NCBI GenBank assembly: GCA_049279335.1
Contig: JBAPNX010000047.1
Span: 129,982-193,981 of the forward strand
DNA from: Candidatus Dormiibacterota bacterium
GTDB lineage: Bacteria > Chloroflexota > Dormibacteria > Aeolococcales > Bog-877
Direction: 5' to 3'
Length of the DNA stretch: 64,000 nt
Every line of letters begins with the position of its first letter. Position 1 is the first letter of the stretch. Below are positions 46,361 through 55,611 of this stretch, piece by piece. Position numbers and translations under genes: made by a program. Under the pieces are notes generated by a model that was given only the letters and a program-made list of their open reading frames with translations, was not told the origin of the DNA and did not search any database.

Positions 46361-47184
46361 GCGTGTTGCCGCGTCCGCTCAACGCGCCCCTCTTCCGGGC
46401 AGGGCCGGCTGCGCTGGGCTGGCCCCGGATGGTCCTGTCAGGCTGGTGGTACCAGCTGAAAATGCAGGCCCAGTCCGGATTCACGGTCCTGGTGGCACTG
46501 GTCCAGCCCCTCATCTTTGCCAGCATCGCCATGGCTGACCAGCAGGCAGGCAATCGGACTCTGCCCCTCCTCTACTACGCGCTCGGCGCGGGGATCATGG
46601 GTATCTGGTCGACGGTGGTGTTCGGCTGCGGCGGCGCCCTCAGCTGGCAGCGCCACCAGGGGATGCTGGAGCCGCTGGTCATCGCCCCGGCGCCGTTCGT
46701 GCTGGTGCTCCTCGGAATCACCCTGGGGACGGCCACGGTGGGTCTGTACGCGATGGGGGCGACCTTGCTGTGGGGCTGGCTGGTGTTTGGCGCCAACCTC
46801 CACCTCGCCAACCTGCCGGCGTTCGTGATCGCCGTGGTCGCGACGGTGGTGGCGCTGGGCTTGCTGGGGTTGGTCTTAGGCTCGAGCTTTGTGCTCTATC
46901 GAAACTCCAACGCGCTCTCCAACGCCTTGGAGTACCCGGTGTGGCTGGTCTGCGGTCTGCTGGTGCCCCTCTCGCTGCTGCCCGGCTGGACCCACCCCCT
47001 GGCTTACGTCCTGGCCCCGACCTGGGGTGTCGAGGCCCTGCGGGCCGCGGCCATAGGGGGCAATCCCTGGCTACCGCTGCTCTGGTGCGGGGTCGCCTCG
47101 ATCGCATACCTCGGGCTGGGGGTGGTGCTGGTGCGCCACGTCGAGCGACTCTCCCGAATCCACGCCACCTTGACTTTTCAATGA
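46357..47184 (+). CDS. ABC-2 type transporter permease (first of two)
   Basis: Six TM helices. ATGA overlap with the ATPase stop. Confidence 0.7.
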   Translation: MSVLPRPLNAPLFRAGPAALGWPRMVLSGWWYQLKMQAQSGFTVLVALVQPLIFASIAMADQQAGNRTLPLLYYALGAGIMGIWSTVVFGCGGALSWQRHQGMLEPLVIAPAPFVLVLLGITLGTATVGLYAMGATLLWGWLVFGANLHLANLPAFVIAVVATVVALGLLGLVLGSSFVLYRNSNALSNALEYPVWLVCGLLVPLSLLPGWTHPLAYVLAPTWGVEALRAAAIGGNPWLPLLWCGVASIAYLGLGVVLVRHVERLSRIHATLTFQ

Positions 47185-48002
47185 GTGTCGCCGCGGTTAG
47201 GCGGGACGTTGGCGCCGGCAATTTCTGGCGGGTCTTCTTCTTCGGGGGACTGATCTCATACCGGGCCCTCTTCTACTGGATCTCCCCATGGCAGTACGTC
47301 CCCACCTTGTTGGCAGCCCCTTTGTTTCAGATCCTCTTCTTCGTCTATCTGGGCCGCTCGGTTGGGGTGGGGTCGACCGACTTTTTCGTGGTCGGCAATT
47401 CGATCCAGGTCTGCAGCATGTCGGGGATTTACGGGATGACCATGGCCATCAGCAACGAGCGCTTTTTCCAGACCCTAAGCCCCATCCTGGCCACTCCCGC
47501 CAACCGAATGGCGCTGTTCCTGGGCCGAGGGCTTCCGGTCGTGGTCACCGGCCTGCAGACCACCGCCTTCGGATTCCTGGTGTCCGCCCTGCTGCTTGAT
47601 TTCCGCCCAGCCCCGAGGGAACTTCCGGCCCTGGCGCTGACGGTGGCGATCACCGCTGGTTCCTGCACCGGCTTCGGCATGGCTCTGGGTTCAATTGGGC
47701 TCCGGGCCCGCGATGTCTGGCTGACCGCCAACATCGCCTACTTCGCGATGCTGCTGCTCTGTGGAGTGGAGGTGCCGCTGCGCCAGCTTCCCGGTGCGCT
47801 CCAGGTGCTGGCCCACTTTCTACCGCTCACCCATGGGATCGCTGCCGCCAGGCTGCTGGCCAGCGGCCACAACGTCGCCGCTGCCTGGCCCGACATCGGG
47901 GCAGAGCTAGGGGTGGGCGTCGCCTGGGCCACCGCCGGCTTCCTGCTCTTCCGCTACTTCGAGAGGCAAGGCCGGCGCAGCGGAGCCTTCGATCGGCTGT
48001 GA
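47181..48002 (+). CDS. ABC-2 type transporter permease (second of two)
   Basis: Six TM helices. ATGA overlap with the first permease. Confidence 0.7.
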   Translation: MSVAAVRRDVGAGNFWRVFFFGGLISYRALFYWISPWQYVPTLLAAPLFQILFFVYLGRSVGVGSTDFFVVGNSIQVCSMSGIYGMTMAISNERFFQTLSPILATPANRMALFLGRGLPVVVTGLQTTAFGFLVSALLLDFRPAPRELPALALTVAITAGSCTGFGMALGSIGLRARDVWLTANIAYFAMLLLCGVEVPLRQLPGALQVLAHFLPLTHGIAAARLLASGHNVAAAWPDIGAELGVGVAWATAGFLLFRYFERQGRRSGAFDRL

Positions 48003-48253
48003 GCGACCAGAACCCCGCCGCGCCGGTTGCGCGTCTCGATCTCCGCGGGGTGGCCTGCCCCCTGACCTTCGTCAAGACCAGGATCGCACTGGACAAGCTG
48101 GCCCCTGGTCAGCCTCTGGAGGTCCTACTGGACGTGGGTGAGTCCGCCGACTCGGTGCCAGCCGCGTGCACCGAGGACGGCGATGTGGTTCTGGAACTGG
48201 GGCCCTGGTCTGAGCCTGGAGTCGCGCGTCTGCTCGTCGCCCGGGTGGGCTGA
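47999..48253 (+). CDS. TusA-family sulfur-carrier / sulfurtransferase-like protein
   Basis: 'LDLRGVACPLTFVKTRIALDKLAPGQPLEVLLD' contains the TusA CPxP active-site motif and a two-layer alpha/beta pattern. GTGA overlap with the second permease stop. Confidence 0.75.
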   Translation: MSDQNPAAPVARLDLRGVACPLTFVKTRIALDKLAPGQPLEVLLDVGESADSVPAACTEDGDVVLELGPWSEPGVARLLVARVG

Positions 48254-48268
48254 CCTAGAACCGAGGAC

Positions 48269-49720
48269 TCAGGTGGGGGTGCCTGGCGGGCTCCAGCCCG
48301 CCGCCCTGCTCCGGGGGAGCAGGACGGTGAAGGCAGCACCGTGCCCGGGGGTGGACTCGACCGAGACATGCCCGCCCTGAGCCTCCACCAAGGAGCGCAC
48401 GATCGCCAGCCCCAAGCCGCTGCCGCCGTCCTGACGCGACCGCGACGTCCCAGATCGGTAGAAGCGCTCGAAGACCTGCGGGAGGTCGACAGGGGGGATT
48501 CCCGGACCCTCGTCGGCGCAGCGCAGCCCAACCATCCCTTCCGCCTCAACTGTGCTCCAGTGGATGGCAGCGCCACCGCCGTGGCGCTCAGCGTTGTTCT
48601 GGAGGTTGGTGGCGATGGCGGTCAGGGCCTCCGGGTCGGCTAGGGCAACCAGGCCTCGGTGCTGCTCCAGGTCGAGCTTGACGCTGGAGGGATGCTCCGC
48701 CACGAACTGTTCCATGAATGCGCCCAGGTCGACCGGGCGCACCTGGAGTGAGCGCCCCTCGTCGGCCCGGGCCAGAGTGAGCAGGTCCATCACCAGGGTC
48801 CGCATCCTCTCCGCCTCCTGCGACATCACCGGAAGGGCCGCCGCCATGGCGTCGGGGCCGGCCCCGCCCCCCCGCTGGAGGACATCCAGGTATCCCTTGA
48901 TGGCGGTCAAGGGAGTGCGCAGCTCGTGGGAAGCGTCAGCTATGAACTGACGCATCTTTTGCTCGGCTTCCTGGCGAATCCGGACGGTGCGTTCGACGTT
49001 GTCCGCCATCTCGTCGAAGACCGTCGCCAGCACTCCCACCTCGTCTCGTCCCGGTCTGATCCCGCTGCGGCGGGAGAGGTCCCCCCGGCCGAGCGCCTGT
49101 GCCGCCGAGGTGAGCCGTCGCAGGGGCCCCAGGCTGTGGGCGGTCAATAGCAGCCCGATCAGCAGCGCCAAGAGCAGGACCGCCGCGGCGCCCTCGGCGA
49201 CCACCCGCCCGGCGGAATCGAGCTCGCTCTGGATCGGGCCGGCCGGCTCGGCCAGCTCGACGGCACCTAGGTCATTCCCCAGGCTGCCCAGCAACGGAAA
49301 GACCATCACCAGCTGACTGGATCCACCGCTGCCCAACAGCACTGGGCCCGCGTCCTTGCCAACCTGGGCCGCGGCCACCAGATCAGCCGCGGGTGGGGTG
49401 GGGATGCTGACCTCGGTCCGTACCGTCCCCCCCGCCCTGGCGGGCGGCCCGGCGGTGGACACCAGCACCAGGCTGGTGTTGAAGGCTCCGGCCTCCACGT
49501 GCTCCTCGGCCAGGACTCTGACCAGAGCCAGGGCAGCGGCGGCGTGCACGAGCCGTGGGCGACCCAACTTGACCCGGCCCCGCTGCTCAGCCACAAAGAT
49601 CGCCCGACCGTCGTTGAAGGTCGCCTGCAGGCTCTGAGCCCGACTGGCCAGGACCGCCTGGCGCAGGAGGTTGGTCTCGACCCCACCTGCGATCGCCAGC
49701 ACGATCCCCAGAACTACCAC
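48269..49720 (-). CDS. Sensor histidine kinase (two TM, HAMP, HisKA, HATPase_c)
   Basis: H-box 'HELRTPLTAIKGYLDVL', N-box 'NLQNNAERHG', G-boxes 'DEGPGIP' and 'GSGLGLAIV'. Confidence 0.8.
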   Translation of the reverse strand: MVVLGIVLAIAGGVETNLLRQAVLASRAQSLQATFNDGRAIFVAEQRGRVKLGRPRLVHAAAALALVRVLAEEHVEAGAFNTSLVLVSTAGPPARAGGTVRTEVSIPTPPAADLVAAAQVGKDAGPVLLGSGGSSQLVMVFPLLGSLGNDLGAVELAEPAGPIQSELDSAGRVVAEGAAAVLLLALLIGLLLTAHSLGPLRRLTSAAQALGRGDLSRRSGIRPGRDEVGVLATVFDEMADNVERTVRIRQEAEQKMRQFIADASHELRTPLTAIKGYLDVLQRGGGAGPDAMAAALPVMSQEAERMRTLVMDLLTLARADEGRSLQVRPVDLGAFMEQFVAEHPSSVKLDLEQHRGLVALADPEALTAIATNLQNNAERHGGGAAIHWSTVEAEGMVGLRCADEGPGIPPVDLPQVFERFYRSGTSRSRQDGGSGLGLAIVRSLVEAQGGHVSVESTPGHGAAFTVLLPRSRAAGWSPPGTPT

Positions 49721-49772
49721 GAACGAAAGCGTCAGCCGCCAGCGCAGGCTGTGATACCAGGGGACGGCGGCG

Positions 49773-50474
49773 TCAGTCGGCGGCGAGGCGATAACCCACT
49801 CCCCGCACTGTCTGGATCAGCTGGCGGTCGGTGTCGGCCAGCTTCAGCCGCAGGTAGCGCACATAGACCTCGAGATTGTTCTCGTCACCGTAGAAGGACA
49901 CGCCCCAGACCGCGTTGAGCAATCGGTCTCTGTGGAGCACCTCACCACGGTGCTCCATGAGGTAGGCGAGAAGGTCGAACTCACGGGACGAGAGCTCAAC
50001 CTCCTCGCCATCGCGGCGCACTTTGCGTGTGCCCCGATCCAGTTCCAGCGGTCCGGCTCGGAGCAGCGCCGCCTGCTCGGGCTGGCGGCGGCGCAGCACC
50101 GACCGCACCCGAGCTACCAGCTCGCTGAACTCAAAGGGCTTGCCCAGATAGTCATCTGCACCCACGTCAAGACCGCGGATGCGATCCTGGGTCTCGTCGC
50201 GCGCACTGAGGATGATCAGCCCCCGCCGGGGGTCACCGGCCAGCACGTTGGTGAGTTCGATCCCGTCCATGCGTGGCATCATCACGTCGAGCACCACCAC
50301 GTCGGGGGCGAACCTGTCCACTACGGTGAGCGCCGCGCGCCCATCGGCTGCGGTCTCGACCTCGAAGCCCTCGCGGGTCAATCCGAGCTCGATGAAATCA
50401 GTGATGGCCGGTTCGTCATCGACCACCAGAACCCGGGGCGGGCCGGGACGACGGTCCCTCACCTCATCGGGCAT
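49773..50474 (-). CDS. OmpR/PhoB-family response regulator (MtrA-like)
   Basis: Receiver 'VLVVDDEP...DVVVLDVMMPRMDG' with phospho-Asp. Winged-helix C-domain 'VRYLRLKL...GVGYRL'. Confidence 0.85.
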   Translation of the reverse strand: MPDEVRDRRPGPPRVLVVDDEPAITDFIELGLTREGFEVETAADGRAALTVVDRFAPDVVVLDVMMPRMDGIELTNVLAGDPRRGLIILSARDETQDRIRGLDVGADDYLGKPFEFSELVARVRSVLRRRQPEQAALLRAGPLELDRGTRKVRRDGEEVELSSREFDLLAYLMEHRGEVLHRDRLLNAVWGVSFYGDENNLEVYVRYLRLKLADTDRQLIQTVRGVGYRLAAD

Positions 50475-50562
50475 GGCAGCGGAATTATAGGCCGGTCCAC
50501 TCCGAGATCAGAACACCTGGCTGGGAGGACCCTGCTTAGACATCGCTTAGACTCGGGCGCCG

Positions 50563-51372
50563 ATGCCGACTGCGTGGCCCGGCTCGGTGGCGCCTACCCG
50601 GCAAAGTGCCGCCCTGGGGGAGCACCGGGTCTCGTGGCTGGAGCGCGAGGGAAGTGATCCGCCCGTCCTGTTGCTGCATGGCTGGGGTGCCAGTGCCGCC
50701 TCCTTCAGTGGCTTGCTGCAACTTTCCCGGACTCGTCGCCGGCTGGTTGCGCTCGACCTCCCCGGATTCGGGGAGTCGCCCTTGGGCAGCCCCAGCTGGA
50801 CCAGAGCCGCCTACGCCCAGCTGGTGCGGCAGTTCCTCGTGAGCCGGGGTTGGACCGAGGTGACCGTACTGGGGCACTCGTACGGTGGTGGGGTGGCCCT
50901 GAGACTCGCCGGTGAGTCGAGTCCGCCCCTGGACCGCCTGATCCTCTGCTCCGCGTCGGGGCTCCGCCTCGCCGACGCTGGCGGGGTGGGAATGCGGCTG
51001 GGGGGGTTCCGAGCTCTTCGCAAGACGGCAGAGACGGTTCTCCCGCAGAGGCTGTCCACCCCGGTCGTGGAGTGGCTCCGCCAGCGGTTCGGCTCGGCCG
51101 ATTACCGGGCCGCCGGTCCACTCAGGCCGATCCTGGTGAGCGCGGTGCAGGAGGACCTGAGCCCGGTGGCCGAAAGGATCACAGCACCCACCCTGATCAT
51201 CTGGGGAGGAAGGGACCAGGAGCTGCCGCTGGTCCCCTATGGACGCCGACTGCGAGAGCTGATCGCCACATCTGAGCTAGTGGAGTTCGAGGGGAGTGGT
51301 CACTTTGCGTTCGTTGATGAGCCGGGCCGGTTCGCCGCCGTCTTCGACGCCTTCGTGGACGCGGAGATCTGA
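50563..51372 (+). CDS. Alpha/beta-fold hydrolase
   Basis: 'VLLLHGWG', nucleophile elbow 'GHSYGG', C-terminal 'GSGHF' His region. Confidence 0.7.
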   Translation: MPTAWPGSVAPTRQSAALGEHRVSWLEREGSDPPVLLLHGWGASAASFSGLLQLSRTRRRLVALDLPGFGESPLGSPSWTRAAYAQLVRQFLVSRGWTEVTVLGHSYGGGVALRLAGESSPPLDRLILCSASGLRLADAGGVGMRLGGFRALRKTAETVLPQRLSTPVVEWLRQRFGSADYRAAGPLRPILVSAVQEDLSPVAERITAPTLIIWGGRDQELPLVPYGRRLRELIATSELVEFEGSGHFAFVDEPGRFAAVFDAFVDAEI

Positions 51373-51376
51373 CCGC

Positions 51377-52957
51377 ATGACCATCCCCGTCTGGCAGGCC
51401 CTGCTACTCACCGTCTTGGCCGCGGCCTGCGCCCAGCGGCGCGTGGTGGGCTGGGTCTACCTGTTCCAATTGGACGAGTACCAGCCCAGCCGCATCTGGC
51501 GCACCGCCCGGCGCCGTCTCGCCAGCAACTGGAGGTGGCAGCTGGCTCTGGTGGTGGGTGCACTAGCGATGGCGGTGGTGGCGACTCGACCCGCCCCCCT
51601 GCCTCGGGTCGTCCCCCTGGTCCTGGCGGCGCTACTGGTCCTGGGAACGGACCGCCCCTTTGAGAGGCGTGGGGAGCTGAGGTGGACCAGCCGGGCTCGC
51701 GAGCTGGCGGCGGTGGCGGGGGTGCTGGTCTTGCTGGCCCTGTTCTTCGCGCTCTGGAGCGGCTGGCCGGGAGCCCTGGTGCTGGGCGCAGTGGACCTGG
51801 TGGCGGTGGCCGCGCTCTGTATCGCGGTAGGCCTGACCGCTCCGGTCCAGGGTCGGCGGCGGCACCGCTACATGGAGCAGGCCGAGCATCTGATCGAGAG
51901 GGTAGGCCCTTTGGTGATCGGGATCACCGGCAGCTACGGCAAGACCACCGCCAAGCTCTTCCTGCAGCAACTCCTGGATTCTGAGGCTTCGCCCTGCTTC
52001 GCGACCCCTGGTAGCTTCAACACCACCTTGGGGGTTTGCCGGGCGATCAACGAGGGGCTTCGACCCGAGCACAAGTTCGCGGTGGTTGAGATGGGCGCCT
52101 ACCGGCGTGGCGAGGTGGCCGAGATCTGTGCCTTCACCCACCCCAAGATGGGGATCATTACGGCTGTGGGGGTGATGCACCTGGAGCGCTTTGGCAGCCC
52201 CCAGCGAATTGCCCAGGCCAAGTCGGAGTTGCTGGCGGCGCTGCCTGAGTCCGGGGTGGCAGCCATGCCCAGCGGCATCGCCGAGAGAGAGCTGCTCACG
52301 GCTGCGCTCCGGGCGCGGCCCGTCTGGGTGGGACAGCCCGGCGATCGTTGGTGGGCGGAGGAGCTGGATGTCAGCCCCGACGGATCCAGCCTGCGGGTTC
52401 AGGGCTCGGGCGGAGAGGACCTCTCCCTTCGGGTGCCGGTGCACGGAATGCCGATCGTCACCGACCTCCTCTGCGCCTGGGCGATCGCGATCGAGATCGG
52501 CGTCGCCCTACCGGACTTGGTCGAGCGAGCCGCCCAGCTCAGGGGCGCTCCCCATCGACTGCAGGTGAGCCGGGTCGGCGGGATCACCATCATCGACGAC
52601 GCCTACAATGCGAACCCCGATGGGGCCGCCGAGGCGCTGCGGCTCCTGGCCCGTCTCCCCGGACGGCGCCGGGTCTTGGTCACGCCCGGGTTCATCGAGC
52701 TAGGGCCCTTGCAGGAGCAGAGCATGCGCGAGCTGGGACGTCGGGCGGCAGAGGTCTGCACCCACGTGATCTTGGTCGGTCCCCGACAGTCGGCCGCGGT
52801 CGCGGTGGGACTGCAGGAGGCTGGATATCCAGGCGCGCAGCTGACGGTGGCCAAGAATCTCGATGAGGCCCAGCGCCGCCTGCCCCAGGTGGCCGGGGAG
52901 GGCAGCGTGGTTCTCTTCGAGAATGACTTGCCGGACTCCTACCTGGAGGCGGGATGA
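51377..52957 (+). CDS. murF: Mur ligase family protein, MurF-like (UDP-MurNAc-tripeptide--D-Ala-D-Ala ligase) with an about 190-aa polytopic membrane N-terminal domain in place of the canonical N-domain
   Basis: Central domain 'VIGITGSYGKTTAKLF' and the C-terminal Mur ligase domain are collinear with MurF. The N-terminal 190 aa form four to five hydrophobic helices. The stop overlaps the ddl start. Confidence 0.6.
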   Translation: MTIPVWQALLLTVLAAACAQRRVVGWVYLFQLDEYQPSRIWRTARRRLASNWRWQLALVVGALAMAVVATRPAPLPRVVPLVLAALLVLGTDRPFERRGELRWTSRARELAAVAGVLVLLALFFALWSGWPGALVLGAVDLVAVAALCIAVGLTAPVQGRRRHRYMEQAEHLIERVGPLVIGITGSYGKTTAKLFLQQLLDSEASPCFATPGSFNTTLGVCRAINEGLRPEHKFAVVEMGAYRRGEVAEICAFTHPKMGIITAVGVMHLERFGSPQRIAQAKSELLAALPESGVAAMPSGIAERELLTAALRARPVWVGQPGDRWWAEELDVSPDGSSLRVQGSGGEDLSLRVPVHGMPIVTDLLCAWAIAIEIGVALPDLVERAAQLRGAPHRLQVSRVGGITIIDDAYNANPDGAAEALRLLARLPGRRRVLVTPGFIELGPLQEQSMRELGRRAAEVCTHVILVGPRQSAAVAVGLQEAGYPGAQLTVAKNLDEAQRRLPQVAGEGSVVLFENDLPDSYLEAG

Positions 52958-54120
52958 GCCTGCGGGGAGTGACGGTGGCGGTGGTCTTCGGTACCCGCTC
53001 GGTGGAGCACGAGATCAGCATCATCACCGCCTGCCAGGCCATGCCGGTCCTGCGCGAGCTGGGGGCGGAAGTGGTCCCGGTCTACATCACCAAGGATGGC
53101 CGCTGGCTGACCAAGCCTGAGTTCACTGACCTCGACACCTTTCGCCGGAAGCTGCCCCAGGAGGGGGCGGCGATCCAGCTCGACCTCGATCAGGGCCGGC
53201 TCCTGGCCGGGAGCCACTCCCGCTTGGGTCGACCCCGCGACCTCGGGGTGGATGTCATCTATCCCTGCCTGCACGGAACGCTGGGCGAGGACGGGACCCT
53301 CGCCGCTTTGGCCGATGTGGTGCGCCTCCCCCAGGTGGGCAGCCCGACTCTAGCCAGCTCGCTGGCCATGGACAAGTTCCGCTCCAAGAAGTTCTTTGAG
53401 GCCTGTGGTCTCCCCGTGGTGGCGGGACGGGCCACCAGCACTCTGGAGGGTGCCCTGGAGGCGGCCTCGGGTTTCGGCTATCCCCTGGTGGTCAAACCCA
53501 ACCGAAGTGGCTCCAGCATCGGCGTGAGCCTGGTCGAGGGCGAGGGCGAGCTTCATGACGCGATGGAGATGGCCCTCAGCTTTGACACCGAGATGGTGCT
53601 GGAGCCGGCCGTGAGGGGCGCATCCGACCTCAACTGCGCGGTCAAGCGAGCCCAGCCCCGGGCTTCTGAGGTGGAGCGGCCGCTGCGAGGGTCCGGGTTT
53701 CTCTCCTACCGAGACAAGTACGTGACCAAGTCCGGTGTGACCGGGACCCAGCCCGCCGCCACTTCGGAGGGATCCAAGGCCGCCAACCCTGACCCCCGCC
53801 GTGAACTTCCGGCCCAGATCCCGACCGAGACCAAAGTTGAAGTCCAGCGTTTGGCGGTGGCGGCCTTCGATGCTCTTGGCTGCGCTGGTTCCGCCCGGGT
53901 CGACTTGCTGCTTTCCGACTCCGGCGAGCTCTTCCTCAATGAGGTCAACACCATCCCGGGGTCGCTGGCCTTCTATCTCTGGGAGGCGAGCGGCATCTCT
54001 TTCTCGGCGCTGCTCGAGGAGCTGGTGACTGAGGCCATCACCAGAACTGAGACAAGGCAACTGGTGCTGGCAGAGAACCTCCTGGCCGCCGACCAGCTCC
54101 TAGGGAAGGCGCCGATCTAG
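52954..54120 (+). CDS. ddl: D-alanine--D-alanine ligase (ATP-grasp)
   Basis: 'VAVVFGTRSVEHEISIITA' Ddl N-domain, ATP-grasp motifs 'VVKPNRSGSSIGV' and 'EVNTIPG'. Contains an about 40-aa Ser/Thr/Pro-rich insertion. Confidence 0.85.
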   Translation: MSLRGVTVAVVFGTRSVEHEISIITACQAMPVLRELGAEVVPVYITKDGRWLTKPEFTDLDTFRRKLPQEGAAIQLDLDQGRLLAGSHSRLGRPRDLGVDVIYPCLHGTLGEDGTLAALADVVRLPQVGSPTLASSLAMDKFRSKKFFEACGLPVVAGRATSTLEGALEAASGFGYPLVVKPNRSGSSIGVSLVEGEGELHDAMEMALSFDTEMVLEPAVRGASDLNCAVKRAQPRASEVERPLRGSGFLSYRDKYVTKSGVTGTQPAATSEGSKAANPDPRRELPAQIPTETKVEVQRLAVAAFDALGCAGSARVDLLLSDSGELFLNEVNTIPGSLAFYLWEASGISFSALLEELVTEAITRTETRQLVLAENLLAADQLLGKAPI

Positions 54121-54146
54121 CCCACTCCGGTTTGGCGCCGGAGTGG

Positions 54147-55472
54147 CTAGTTGCGAGACCAGATCCGCTTCATCAGCAACTGGGCCAGCTTGTCGGAATC
54201 ATGGTGGGTGGTGATCTTGGGCGAGACCAGATCGCCGAGGACGTACTTGGTAACGTGGCCGTTGTGGCCGACCCGGCTTCGGTCGAACGCCACTCGGTGC
54301 ACCCCAGCTTCCTGGGCGGCGGGCGAGAGGGGCAGGCTGAGGTTGCTGTTGGCGACCACATAGTCGAAGAGCCCGGTTCCGACGTAGCGCTCCAAGGTCT
54401 CGACATGGTCATGGACGGCGTAGCCCGTGGTCTCGCCGGGCTGGGTGGCTACGTTGCAGACGTAGACCTTGATGGCGGGGGTGGAGCGTATCGCCTCGAT
54501 CATCCCGTCGACGAGCAGATTGGGCAAAAGGCTGGTGTAGAGACTGCCGGGCCCGACCACCACCATTTCCGCGTTCATGATCGCCAGTTGGGCCTCGGGG
54601 TTGAGGCGGGGGTGCTCGGGGACCAGGAAGACCCGCTGGATCGGCTCCTTCCCGGTGGGAACCTTGGACTCGCCGACAAGGACCTCTTCCCCGGCAATGG
54701 CGCAGAGGGTGACCGTCTCCAGGGTGGTAGGCACGATCTGGCCGCGGACCGCCAGCACCCGGCCGGACTCCCGCAGAGCGTGTTCGAAGTCACCGGTGAT
54801 GTCGCTCATGGCCATTATGAATAGGTTTCCGAAGGAATGCCCGCTCAGTGAGCCCTCCTTGAACCGGTACTGGAAGAGGTCGGTCATCAGGGGCTCGACA
54901 TCTGCGAGCGCGGTCAGGCACTGGCGAAAGTCGCCTGGGGGCAGCACCTGATACTCCGCCCTCAGCCTGCCCGAGCTACCTCCGTCGTCGGCCACCGTCA
55001 CCAGGGCGGTGACGTTGCCGCTGTGGTTCTTGATCCCCCGGAGCAGGGTGGAGAGCCCGGTGCCGCCCCCCACCGCCACGATCCTGGGTCCCTTTTGGAG
55101 TCGCCGGAAGTCGTAGAGCCGCTCCACCAGAGCCTTGTTGCCGCCGGGCACGAAGGGGCTGAGGAGAGAGCGGGTCAACTTGTACATGCCCAGGCCCAAG
55201 AGAGCCAGGCCGACGGCAAGGAAGATGGCCGCCCTCACCCAGCGCGGCCAGAACTGCAGGGTCAGGCCGTAGGTGAAGGCAGGCAGGTGGGCGCTGGTGT
55301 AGAACTCGCGCAGGGCATAGCCGATCCCGAGCGCGATCCCCACGATGGCGACGATGGTCACACCCACCCAGCGCTTGACGTGGAGACCGGGAACCAGCCA
55401 GCGCGTCACGCCAGATCCGAGCCGTGGCGTTCGCATGACTTGGCCGGATGGTATCACCGCGCGTTCCGGCAC
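54147..55472 (-). CDS. YvcK/CofD-like (UPF0052, gluconeogenesis factor) family protein with N-terminal TM segments
   Basis: 'IVAVGGGTGLSTLLRGIK' and 'LPPGDFRQCL' signature. Two N-terminal hydrophobic helices. The start may be the internal M13. Confidence 0.8.
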   Translation of the reverse strand: MPERAVIPSGQVMRTPRLGSGVTRWLVPGLHVKRWVGVTIVAIVGIALGIGYALREFYTSAHLPAFTYGLTLQFWPRWVRAAIFLAVGLALLGLGMYKLTRSLLSPFVPGGNKALVERLYDFRRLQKGPRIVAVGGGTGLSTLLRGIKNHSGNVTALVTVADDGGSSGRLRAEYQVLPPGDFRQCLTALADVEPLMTDLFQYRFKEGSLSGHSFGNLFIMAMSDITGDFEHALRESGRVLAVRGQIVPTTLETVTLCAIAGEEVLVGESKVPTGKEPIQRVFLVPEHPRLNPEAQLAIMNAEMVVVGPGSLYTSLLPNLLVDGMIEAIRSTPAIKVYVCNVATQPGETTGYAVHDHVETLERYVGTGLFDYVVANSNLSLPLSPAAQEAGVHRVAFDRSRVGHNGHVTKYVLGDLVSPKITTHHDSDKLAQLLMKRIWSRN

Positions 55473-55611
55473 TCCCGGCAGTCGAGCAAGCTCGGAGCCG
55501 GGCGGCTCGAACCCCAGACGTATACTTGCCGCCGGTCACAGACCGAACCGGTTCACCAGGGGTGAAGGAGGCTTCTATTTGGCCGCTCAGGAACCGCGCC
55601 GGGACCTAGCT

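Noticed and set aside
55345-55611. Upstream 89 codons of the ilvE ORF
   Set aside because: It would overlap the divergent yvcK-like gene and has no BCAT homology. Homology begins at about 'DQDEAWVFYKGE'.
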